A DNA stretch of 64,000 nucleotides from Chlorobium sp. GTDB lineage: Bacteria; Bacteroidota; Chlorobiia; Chlorobiales; Chlorobiaceae. The notes under the pieces are model-generated. The model was not told the origin of the DNA and did no database searches. It was given only the letters and a program-made list of their open reading frames with translations. The translations under genes were made by a program, and so were the position numbers. The stretch spans positions 188,849-252,848 of the forward strand of contig SZXW01000002.1 in the NCBI GenBank assembly GCA_005862285.1, given 5' to 3'. Below are positions 8,793-17,252 of this stretch, one piece after another (the first letter of the stretch is position 1; each line of letters begins with the position of its first letter).

Positions 8793-11375
8793 TCAGAAAG
8801 CGAAGTCCACGCCTGCGACATAGCTGCGGCCCGGTGAGCGGAACCACTCGGCTTCATCGTACATCACGTTGCCGACATTCCTGCAAAGAAAAGTCAGAGT
8901 GACTTCTTTTGCTGGATGTATTTTGAGACCGGCATCAAATACGATGAAATCACCAGGATAATTATAGCCGGTTTTGTCGGTATACTGGGCAATATTTTTA
9001 TACTTGCTCATATACCGGCCGTTCACATTCACAGAGATTTTGCTGCTGGGTTTCCATGTCACGTTTGCTGAAGCGGTATGCTCAGGACGGTACTGAAGCC
9101 ATGAAGGATCAGGGTTCTTCTTATTCAGCCCCGCCAGTGCGTCTTCAGAGCTTGGATCATAGGAAAGGTCCTTTGCGTTCATGTAGGTGTATGCAAAGTT
9201 AAGAGCCCACTCATTTGACGGTCTGATATTGAGGTTTGTCTCTATACCCCAGATGCGCGCACGGCTGACATTGTCATATTCGAAATAGGTGACAGGTGAG
9301 CCGGGAAGTCCTACAATATAACCACCATAGCCAAACCATCTTGCCTGGATAAGGTTGTCATAGTAATTCAGGAAGCCTGCGATGTCAAAGGAAACCTTGT
9401 CGCTGAACTGCTTGAACATACCGACTTCCCATGATTGCATGGTTTCCTTGTTGAGGTTCGGGTTCGGGTTTCCATATGCGAAACCCGCATCGGTGACAAA
9501 GCGTTCAAAGATGGTCGGAGCGCGGAAACTCATGCCCCAAGAGGCACGGAAGCTCATGTCGTCCGTTGCCTTGTAGTTCAGCGCCACTCGCGGACTGATA
9601 GCGTCAACGGATGGATGTGCGATATTTGCAGTAGTAGGTGTGTATGTTAATTTCCCAAATGGAATTGTTGATAAATCAGGTGGAGGGCCATAGTTTGGTG
9701 GTAGATATGCTATTTTTGTAAACGATACATGATCGGCATCGATGCCGCTCCAGTCATAGCGAACCGACAGCAGCGAGGTCAATTTGTCCGTTATTTTCAG
9801 TTCATCCTGCAAAAATACCGCTGCGTTTTTTTCCTGTACCGTTCCAAATACATTAATTTTCACTGGTGTCGGTGCAGCTTGTGTCGATTGGAAATTGGTG
9901 ATGTCACCGTCTACGCCGAAAAGGATGCGGTTGTGGTCATTCGCTTTCCAGTCCAGCTTGATACCTGCGCCGTAGCGGTTTGCGTTCGTATCATTGAAAG
10001 AGCCAACAGGCTTCGCGGAAGTACCAGATCCTTGATCACCTGATATAGGGATAAAAACGGGACCGGGGAAAAAAGGGCTGCCTACATATCTTCCTGCACC
10101 ATAATTATACTCGATGCGTGAATCATTGTAAGTATAGAAGACCCTCGTATCGAGGCTCAGTTTGTCGCTCAGAAGGTTGACATAGTTGAGACCTACAAGC
10201 GCATTCTTTCGGGTTAGCGTGTCGTCGAAACTGTTGAGAGTGGAAAGAGCGATATCAAATGCCGTATCGAACATTCTCGCACCGGTCGGAGAGAATTGAT
10301 AGCCATATGCTTGTGTATAGCCGCCACTCGTATAATCGTAATAACTGGTAAGCTGAAGGTACTGCTTCGCATCGATATCGTAACGCAACTTCAGCTTCAC
10401 GTCGTTCATTTCGTTCTGGCTGTTCCGCTTGTAGCCATCGTCATCACTATGAGTATAGAGCAGACTGTAAGTCCATTTCCCACTCTTGTTGCCTATACCG
10501 ACATAGGTGTTCCAGAACATGGGAGTAAAATCTTTCCTGTAGACACTGTGGTCGCTTGAAGGCGGTGCATCGTAAAAACCCAAGCTTGCACCGGCTTTGA
10601 CTTCAAATGTTTCAGGGAGATGGCCGTAAACGTTGACCACACCGCCCATCGCGCCCGAACCGTAGAGCGTTGCCGCGGCGCCTTTCAGTACCTCGATTTT
10701 GTCTGCAGCGTTCATGTTGATGTTCTGCGTGACAATTTCACCGGTTTCAGGGCTGTTGATCGGGAAACCGTCATAGAATGCCTGAACCCTCGTGCCGATA
10801 CCTCCGCCCTGATAGGTGTTGGAACCGCGGATCTGCATGGTAGAAGCCGTGGTGCCGCCAGCACGGGTGATCACGACACCAGGGACGTCTTCAATAGCCT
10901 TGTCGAGCGATTCGTTCGGCTGCTGATGGATTTTTTCCTTTGACACCACGTTGACCGTCACCGGGACTTCGAGCCTGTCCTGCTTGTAAAGGGCGGCACC
11001 GACAACGACTTCAGAAGCCATGATGGTGGTCTGTCCGATAGTGATGTTGAGGGAGGCTGTCTGGCCGGGGCTGACGGTTACGATCTGGCTGGCCGGGGTA
11101 TAGCCGACGATCGAAACGGAGATTTTCTGCTGTTTGGCGGGGACATTCTGCAGGGTGTAGTTCCCGTTCATGTCCGTTGCTGTGCCGAGCGTTGTTCCGG
11201 CTACGGTAACCGAGGCACCGAAGACGCCTTCGCCGTCAGCCTTGTCGGTAATCTTGCCTTTTACCGTACCGGTATCGGCCCCGTAAGAGGGCAGGGGAAC
11301 CAGCATGGTCATAAGACAGAGTGCCGAAAAGACAAAACGGAAGGCGCGGTACAGATGCGCGTGTTTTGCTTTCAT
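8793..11375 (-). CDS. TonB-dependent outer membrane receptor with an N-terminal carboxypeptidase-regulatory-like domain
   Basis: The ORF track extends to 11411, but the likely start is the ATG at 11375 (MKAKHAHLYRAFRFVFSALCLMTMLVPLPSYGADTG, a signal peptide). The CarbopepD_reg-like stretch is GTVKGKITDK..GASVTV..TDMNGNYTLQNVP. The plug motif is VVITRAGGTTASTMQIRG and the C-terminus ends in aromatic ...VAGVDFAF. Confidence 0.85.
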   Translation of the reverse strand: MKAKHAHLYRAFRFVFSALCLMTMLVPLPSYGADTGTVKGKITDKADGEGVFGASVTVAGTTLGTATDMNGNYTLQNVPAKQQKISVSIVGYTPASQIVTVSPGQTASLNITIGQTTIMASEVVVGAALYKQDRLEVPVTVNVVSKEKIHQQPNESLDKAIEDVPGVVITRAGGTTASTMQIRGSNTYQGGGIGTRVQAFYDGFPINSPETGEIVTQNINMNAADKIEVLKGAAATLYGSGAMGGVVNVYGHLPETFEVKAGASLGFYDAPPSSDHSVYRKDFTPMFWNTYVGIGNKSGKWTYSLLYTHSDDDGYKRNSQNEMNDVKLKLRYDIDAKQYLQLTSYYDYTSGGYTQAYGYQFSPTGARMFDTAFDIALSTLNSFDDTLTRKNALVGLNYVNLLSDKLSLDTRVFYTYNDSRIEYNYGAGRYVGSPFFPGPVFIPISGDQGSGTSAKPVGSFNDTNANRYGAGIKLDWKANDHNRILFGVDGDITNFQSTQAAPTPVKINVFGTVQEKNAAVFLQDELKITDKLTSLLSVRYDWSGIDADHVSFTKIAYLPPNYGPPPDLSTIPFGKLTYTPTTANIAHPSVDAISPRVALNYKATDDMSFRASWGMSFRAPTIFERFVTDAGFAYGNPNPNLNKETMQSWEVGMFKQFSDKVSFDIAGFLNYYDNLIQARWFGYGGYIVGLPGSPVTYFEYDNVSRARIWGIETNLNIRPSNEWALNFAYTYMNAKDLSYDPSSEDALAGLNKKNPDPSWLQYRPEHTASANVTWKPSSKISVNVNGRYMSKYKNIAQYTDKTGYNYPGDFIVFDAGLKIHPAKEVTLTFLCRNVGNVMYDEAEWFRSPGRSYVAGVDFAF

Positions 11376-11623
11376 GGTTGTGTGTTGTGTGTGTTTGCAA
11401 TGTAAGAACAAAAAAAAGGTTGAAACCTTGTTCGCTTTCCATGATCATCAACACTATCTGTACGTAACAGTATAAAGAAACCGTGAATTTCATCCGCCCA
11501 TCCGTAGCCATCCCGGTAAATCTATTTAAAAAAATAAAAAGGCGCAACAATAAACGTGAAAAACGAAAATTGCGGGACTGAGATGCGGGATGTGGGTGAA
11601 GGCGATGAGGTTTTGAGGGATTG

Positions 11624-11657
11624 GGCCGATCGGTCTGATTAGACCAATCAGACCGAT
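11624..11657. repeat. GACCGAT-type short palindromic repeat (hairpin) just downstream of the stop codon of the alpha-oxoamine synthase gene
   Basis: In ggccgatcggtctgattagaccaatcagaccgatt, the arms atcggtctgatt and aatcagaccgat form a 12-bp stem. Related copies lie at 22856-22884 and 23818-23851. Confidence 0.55.
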
Positions 11658-11677
11658 TCCAGATATTATAGGCTGAA

Positions 11678-12895
11678 TCAGGAAATGACGCCGATTTCGC
11701 GGCCTATGGTGCAGAATTCCGTGACGACTTTATCGAGATGCTCGCGTTCGTGGGTTGCCATGAAACTGGTGCGAAGCGCTTCATGACCGGGCATGACACC
11801 GGGACGGATGAATGCGTTGACATAAACACCGGCCTCGAAAAGTTTTTTCCAGAAAAAGAGCGTCTTCATCTGGTCGCCGATCAGGACAGTGACGATTGCA
11901 GTTCGTGATGGCATCAGGGTGAAGCCGGCATCGAGCAAATGCTGTCTGACATATTCAGTGTTTGCTATGACCCTTGTCTGAAGTTCCGGCTGGGTACGAA
12001 TGATTTCGAGGGTTGCGAGAACTGCCGCAACGCTTGCCGGAGTAGGGGAAGCGCTGAAAATAAGCGACGGAGCGTGATGTTTTATGTAATTGATGATACT
12101 GCGGTCGGCGGCCACGTATCCGCCAAGCGAGCCGAAGGTCTTCGAGAAAGTGCCCATGATAAGGTCGACCTCGCTGACAAGCCCGAATTCGGAAGGCGTT
12201 CCCCGGCCGCCTTTGCCGATGATGCCGACAGCATGGGCGTCATCGATAAGGACCCTTGCGTTGTATTTTTGTGCGATCCTTACAAGGTTCGGCAGGTCAA
12301 CGATTTCACCGGAAACGGAGAAAACACCATCGGATACGATAAGCCTGCCGGCGGAATCGGGAATTTTCTGAAGTACCCGCTCCAGGTCTTCCATGTTGTT
12401 ATGGTTGTAACGCAGGAAATTTGCTCCGGCGCCCTGTGCCATGATGGATGCTGCAACAAGACTTGCATGGTTGTCACGGTCGGAAATGATGTACTCCCCG
12501 CGCTGGACGAGGGTCGGTATTATGCCCTGGCCGGTCTGGTAACCTGTACTGAAAAGCAGACACCGCTCTTTTTCAAAAAAGTCGGCAAGCTTTTCTTCAA
12601 GCTCGATATGCAGGTTTACAGTGCCGGTCATGTACCGGGAGCCGCTGCAGCTGGTTCCGTATTTGTTGATAGCGTTGATCGATGCGGCCTTGACTCTTGG
12701 ATCGGCTGTAAGTCCCAGATAGTTGTTGGACCCGGCCATGACAAGTTTCTTGCCGGCAAAACAGACCACAGGGCCTTCATTTTCATCTATCGGCTGAAAA
12801 AACGGATATAGACCCTGAGCCTTGACCTCGTCGGCCAGGGTAAAGTCAAAGCATTTTTTAAACAAATCTTTTGTTATTTCCACAGTAGCAAACAT
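11678..12895 (-). CDS. PLP-dependent alpha-oxoamine synthase, serine palmitoyltransferase (Spt)-like / 8-amino-7-oxononanoate synthase family
   Basis: 405-aa ORF with [33 protein letters not shown] and the PLP-lysine motif [13 protein letters not shown]. Length and N-terminus (GLYPFFQPI...) resemble Bacteroidetes-type Spt as I remember it. Assignment among Spt, BioF and Kbl is not resolved. Confidence 0.75.
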   Translation of the reverse strand: MFATVEITKDLFKKCFDFTLADEVKAQGLYPFFQPIDENEGPVVCFAGKKLVMAGSNNYLGLTADPRVKAASINAINKYGTSCSGSRYMTGTVNLHIELEEKLADFFEKERCLLFSTGYQTGQGIIPTLVQRGEYIISDRDNHASLVAASIMAQGAGANFLRYNHNNMEDLERVLQKIPDSAGRLIVSDGVFSVSGEIVDLPNLVRIAQKYNARVLIDDAHAVGIIGKGGRGTPSEFGLVSEVDLIMGTFSKTFGSLGGYVAADRSIINYIKHHAPSLIFSASPTPASVAAVLATLEIIRTQPELQTRVIANTEYVRQHLLDAGFTLMPSRTAIVTVLIGDQMKTLFFWKKLFEAGVYVNAFIRPGVMPGHEALRTSFMATHEREHLDKVVTEFCTIGREIGVIS

Positions 12896-13109
12896 TTACT
12901 TCAGCTTTCGCAATCAGAGCTGGAATTTCTTGTTTATACGGTCAGCTGTCTTGGCAGTGACCGGGTTTAAGAATAGAAGGGCTATGCCCGGAAGACGTAA
13001 AGAAGCGCAATATATTTAATTTTTTAAAAAATTACGATGCGGTTTTTTATTGCCTGTCATCCTGATCGGGATGAGTAGCGCGTAATATAAAAGTAAATAA
13101 TGATCTTAA

Positions 13110-14102
13110 ATGAGTGAAAAAATATTGGTAACAGGCTCGACAGGATTCATAGGAGCGAGGCTTCTGCAATACCTTGCCGGAGAGGGAACAAGGGTAAGGG
13201 TGCTGCTCCGGCCTGAGAGTACCGGAGATGCATTGCCGGGTACGGTCGAGATTGCAAGGGGGAGTTACCTTGATAAACAGGCGCTGGGACAGGCTGTAAA
13301 GGGTGTTAACCGGATTATCCATCTTGCCGGAGTTACAAAAGCTCTTGACGAGGCAGGATACGATGCCGGTAACATCATGCCTGCAGGGAACCTGCTTGCT
13401 GCGGTTCAAAAAGAAAACCCCGGACTGCAGCGTTTTCTTTTTGTATCGTCGCTTGCTGCAGCCGGTCCTGCGGCGGAAGGAATAAAGGGTGTCAGCGAGT
13501 CGGACGACCCGAGACCGGTAAGCGCCTACGGGCGAAGCAAATTGCGTGCGGAAGAGCTTTGTTTCGATAATGCGGGGGACGTTCCTGTGACTGTTGTCCG
13601 TCCCCCGGCGGTTTACGGTCCCGGCGACAGGGATATTCTGCAGGTTTTTCAAATGCTTGCAAAGGGTGTGCTGGTATCGCCGGGAGATGTGATGAGGCAG
13701 CGCTTCAGCATGATTCATGTCGATGATCTTGTCCGGGGAATCATGATGGCGGCCCGTTCGGATAAAACGGCAGGAAGTACCTATTATATCACCTCACCAG
13801 CCGCACTTTCATGGAACGATGTTATTGAAGCGGCCCGGCCCGTTCTCGGATTCAAAAAACTTCATACGATTTCCCTGCCGAAGCAGCTCGTATTTCTTGC
13901 AGGTTTCATGGCAGGTGCGGCGGGCACACTGTCACGAAAGCCTTCGATCATCAACCGTGACAAGGCATATGAACTGGTACAGGATTACTGGGTATGCCAG
14001 TCAATACAGGCGCGACTCGATTTTGATTTTGAAGCAGAGATTCCGCTCGAAGAAGGGATAGCAAAAACGATAACGTGGTACAGGAACAAGGGGTGGATGT
14101 AG
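13110..14102 (+). CDS. NAD-dependent epimerase/dehydratase family (extended SDR) protein
   Basis: 330-aa ORF with the Rossmann motif VTGSTGFIGARL and the catalytic YGRSK. It is divergently arranged with the Spt-like gene. Confidence 0.8.
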   Translation: MSEKILVTGSTGFIGARLLQYLAGEGTRVRVLLRPESTGDALPGTVEIARGSYLDKQALGQAVKGVNRIIHLAGVTKALDEAGYDAGNIMPAGNLLAAVQKENPGLQRFLFVSSLAAAGPAAEGIKGVSESDDPRPVSAYGRSKLRAEELCFDNAGDVPVTVVRPPAVYGPGDRDILQVFQMLAKGVLVSPGDVMRQRFSMIHVDDLVRGIMMAARSDKTAGSTYYITSPAALSWNDVIEAARPVLGFKKLHTISLPKQLVFLAGFMAGAAGTLSRKPSIINRDKAYELVQDYWVCQSIQARLDFDFEAEIPLEEGIAKTITWYRNKGWM

Positions 14103-14128
14103 AATATCGAATAGAGAAATATGCCGTT

Positions 14129-15169
14129 TTATCCGAGCAGCTTCTGCATAAGCCGGAGGAGCAGGTATTTTTCATCCGGATAAGGCTTTAAGCCCTTCAG
14201 AGAGGCATCCGTTTCTCTCAGCGCTGCGATAGCCAGCTCCGTATCGCGTTGCGAAAAGGATTTTGTATAGGCGAGATAGTTTTTAACGAAATATTCCTGC
14301 TTGCCGTACATGCCGAGAATTCTGGCAATCTCTGAAGTTGGCAGCTGCCGGACTTCAGGGAGTGAAAGTTTCCATAAACGGATATAGAATGTTGTAAGGA
14401 AACGAACGATATTGCCCAGCCCTTCCTTTTGTCCCTCCTGGTCCATGATCATGAGAGAAATACCACTGCAGAGCCTCAAATTCCTGGCCGCAAGAGCTTT
14501 TTCGAGTTCAAAGACATTATAGTTGCGCGAGATACCGACACAGTCGTAGACATCGGTTGCCGTAATCCGTTTTTCTCCGTTTCGCGCGGAAGCGTAGAGG
14601 ATTATCTTTTCGATTTCCTGACAGATCTCCCTCGATGACGGTTGGATATAGGCGATCAAAGCCTTGAGGGCATCCGGATCGAATGTCCATCCAGCTGTTT
14701 CAGCCCGTTCCGAAGCAAAGAGATCAGGGTTCTGGATAAGGGGGAAATCATGACGGTATTGCTTCAGTGCGCTGAAAGGAAACTTTTCGAGTTCTTTTTT
14801 GTCGGCCAGCTCAGCGTCCATTACCAGCACGGTGAATTCGGCCGGGTTCTGTACATAGCGCCTGAATTTTTCTTCGTGCTCCTGCTGCAGTTCCTTTGAC
14901 CCGGTTTTTTTGATTTTTTCGGACTGCCGGACAATAATGAGCTGCTTCGGGGAAAACATGGGGTATTCGGAAGCCCTCGATATCAGTTCGCCCGGAGTTG
15001 TTTCTGAACCGTAAATAATATGGGTGTTGAAGGAAGCATCGCTTTCCGATGGGAAAACGGCCTTTCTGAGGCATTCGGCAATTTCCTCTTTGAGATAGCT
15101 TTCAGGGCCGTTAAGGAAATAAATCGGATCAATGGAGCCGGAAAGAATATTTTTTTTCAGTTTTTCCAT
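14129..15169 (-). CDS. holA: DNA polymerase III delta subunit
   Basis: 346-aa ORF. The N-terminus PIYFLNGPESYLKEEI and the LIIVRQSEKI region are typical of HolA, and the size fits. Confidence 0.72.
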   Translation of the reverse strand: MEKLKKNILSGSIDPIYFLNGPESYLKEEIAECLRKAVFPSESDASFNTHIIYGSETTPGELISRASEYPMFSPKQLIIVRQSEKIKKTGSKELQQEHEEKFRRYVQNPAEFTVLVMDAELADKKELEKFPFSALKQYRHDFPLIQNPDLFASERAETAGWTFDPDALKALIAYIQPSSREICQEIEKIILYASARNGEKRITATDVYDCVGISRNYNVFELEKALAARNLRLCSGISLMIMDQEGQKEGLGNIVRFLTTFYIRLWKLSLPEVRQLPTSEIARILGMYGKQEYFVKNYLAYTKSFSQRDTELAIAALRETDASLKGLKPYPDEKYLLLRLMQKLLG

Positions 15170-15244
15170 CGGACAGATATAGCGTATGAGGCTGTCACAA
15201 AAGCAAATCTAAAGTTTTTATGATGACAATTCGTTCGCCTTCCG

Positions 15245-15349
15245 GTCATTCTGAGCCTGACGAAGTCGGGCGAAGAATCCAGAAAATTCCAAAAGATATC
15301 AGTAATGCGGCTATCCGAATACTGGATTTTTCACTTCGTTCAAAATGAC
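15245..15349. repeat. MITE-like element with terminal inverted repeats of the GTCATTCTGAG...CGAAGAATCC family
   Basis: The left arm is gtcattctgagcctgacgaagtcgggcgaagaatcc. The right arm is ggatttttcacttcgttcaaaatgac, whose reverse complement is gtcattttgaacgaagtgaaaaatcc. It lies between holA and ssb; related arms occur at 43933-43961 and 45055-45138. Confidence 0.55.
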
Positions 15350-15417
15350 AAACAAAACGACTTAAAGAAAACTCATTGCTTAAATCCTTTTGAAACAGCT
15401 TCGCCGTAGTAAGGTGT

Positions 15418-15900
15418 TCAGAACGGCAGATCGTCCTTGTCGCTTTCGAGCATGGCCCCGGATGACGATTCGGACTGCTGGTAAAAATCAGGACCGGACG
15501 GCTGAGTATCACGCCTGGTCTGGCCGTAACCCTGCATACTTCCTTCATTGCCTCCCTGCTCCCTCTGTCCGCCAAGCATCTGCATATCGCTGCAGACTAT
15601 TTCCGTGGCATATTTTTTTTCTCCGCTTTTCGTATCGTCCCAGCTTCTGGTCTGGAGGCGGCCTTCAAGGTAAACCTGTCTTCCTTTTTTCAAGTACTGG
15701 CTGCAGATTTCGGCAAGTTTTCCCCAGACAACAATCCTGTGCCATTCGGTTCTTTCCTGAAGATTTCCGCTGCTGTCCTTGAAATTTTCGTTTGTTGCCA
15801 CCGTGAAATTGACTACCGACTGACCTGATGCGGTTGTCCTGAGTTCGGGGTCGTTTCCGAGATGGCCGATAAGCATTACTTTATTGAGTCCTTTTGCCAT
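15418..15900 (-). CDS. ssb: Single-stranded DNA-binding protein
   Basis: 160-aa ORF with an OB-fold N-terminus ([17 protein letters not shown]...[14 protein letters not shown]), a Gly/Gln-rich linker and the acidic tail DDLPF. Confidence 0.93.
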   Translation of the reverse strand: MAKGLNKVMLIGHLGNDPELRTTASGQSVVNFTVATNENFKDSSGNLQERTEWHRIVVWGKLAEICSQYLKKGRQVYLEGRLQTRSWDDTKSGEKKYATEIVCSDMQMLGGQREQGGNEGSMQGYGQTRRDTQPSGPDFYQQSESSSGAMLESDKDDLPF

Positions 15901-15972
15901 GATATATCTTCTTCTGTTTTCTGTTCGGAGAAACTTTTCAGTAATATCGGTTAATATAAAACAGTTCGCGGT

Positions 15973-16767
15973 TTATTCTACAAGCAGCCTTGAGTCGATA
16001 ACCGGTCCTTCCCTGCAGAGCAGGATCGTGCGTTTGCCGCCATCCGGACCTTTGACTTCCACGCTGCATCCGTAACAAATGCCGATGCCGCAGCCCATGA
16101 CCGATTCGAGCGATAGTTCGCAGGCAAGGTTCCGTTCACGGCAGAACCGTGCAAGTGCTTTCAGCATGGGAGTGGGGCCGCAGGCGAACACTTTCAGCGA
16201 GCCGTCTTTTTCGAGGTCCGGCAGTGTATTGCCGAGCAGATCAACAACGGTTCCCCTGAATCCCTCGGAGCCGTCATCGGTTGAAACCCTGCAGTTTGAA
16301 AGATTACCGGTGAGCAGATCTTCCGTAGAACGGCCTCCGATCAGATTGACCACTTTTTTGCCTGATTTCGAAAGTGTTGTTTCGAGGAAACGCATGGGTG
16401 CGGTTCCTATTCCTCCGGAAACAAGAACAGCGGTATCGAACCCGCGACCTTCAATATCGAAACAATTGCCAAGGGGTCCAAGCACCATGACGGTCGAGCC
16501 TTCGGGAACATTGCAGAAAAGTGCTGTGCCGCACCCGACGGATTTTACCATAATGTCGATATAAGGCCCTTCGACATGGTGTATGGAGAAAGGCCTCCTC
16601 AGAAGCGGCTGGGAGGAACTGTTGATTTTTACATTGACGAAGTTACCCGGCTTTGCATTGATTGCAATTGCAGGGCAGTGGAGTGTTATGATGCTGACAT
16701 CCCTGCTTATGCAGCGGTTTTGTATGACTGTTGACCGGATATCGGTTACAAGGTTTGTTTCTTGCAT
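15973..16767 (-). CDS. FAD/NAD(P)-binding 2Fe-2S oxidoreductase, PyrK/NfnA-like electron transfer subunit
   Basis: The ORF track begins at a GTG (16803); the ATG at 16767 (MQETNLV...) is more likely. It has RPFSI, GGIGTAP and the C-terminal cluster CGIGICYGCSV. No pyrD or gltD-like partner is adjacent. Confidence 0.7.
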   Translation of the reverse strand: MQETNLVTDIRSTVIQNRCISRDVSIITLHCPAIAINAKPGNFVNVKINSSSQPLLRRPFSIHHVEGPYIDIMVKSVGCGTALFCNVPEGSTVMVLGPLGNCFDIEGRGFDTAVLVSGGIGTAPMRFLETTLSKSGKKVVNLIGGRSTEDLLTGNLSNCRVSTDDGSEGFRGTVVDLLGNTLPDLEKDGSLKVFACGPTPMLKALARFCRERNLACELSLESVMGCGIGICYGCSVEVKGPDGGKRTILLCREGPVIDSRLLVE

Positions 16768-17252
16768 GACATTGTTTTCATTTTGGCCGCGAGATGATAA
16801 CACCGGAAATCAGTCAGCAATTAAACGAGCCTTGCGTTCATTTGCAAGCGTATAAGGATTTATTGATCCTCCAGCAGGACTTACTGGTTACAAAGTTTTT
16901 GACTTGCCGTTTAAGCCCTGTTTTGCCGTGGTATTTTGCAGTTGGACAAATAATGACCGGGCAGAAAAAGTGAAAATCCGTCTGAAAGAAAAAAAGAAAA
17001 TCTTTGTTTATTGTCTGCAGTCAAAATTCCTTGTCGCATCCATGTTTTTTAATGGATTATGTTTATCATGAAGTTTAAAATGGTTCCGTGTGGCCCTTAC
17101 GATTTCATCTTATGTATGTATTTCAGTTCACTCTCATTTTTTACTGCAGTTGGTTGAACTATATATGATACATCTTTTGCAGAGTCAGAAGAGAGTCATA
17201 TCTTAAACCTCTATGATTTTCCTTGTAGTCAAAACATTTCAATATCCGGTTC

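Noticed and set aside
11376-11677. Possible cobalamin (or other) riboswitch or attenuator in the ~300-nt region upstream of the TonB-dependent receptor, including aaggtt-ga-aacctt followed by a T-run on the minus strand and a CA-rich tract (acacacacaacacacaacc) just before the ATG.
   Set aside because: I could not find the B12-box or AGGGAA/GCCACTG-type conserved core. The hairpin has only ~5 usable AT-rich base pairs. The CA tract is more simply an unstructured translation-initiation region. An Rfam scan would be needed before making any claim.
17059-17157. Small hydrophobic ORF (MFIMKFKMVPCGPYDFILCMYFSSLSFFTAVG) in the long spacer upstream of ATPase-1, as a counterpart of the 40-aa ORF upstream of ATPase-3.
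   Set aside because: It has no sequence similarity to the 49288-49410 peptide, no SD, and lies in an AT-rich region where such ORFs arise by chance.
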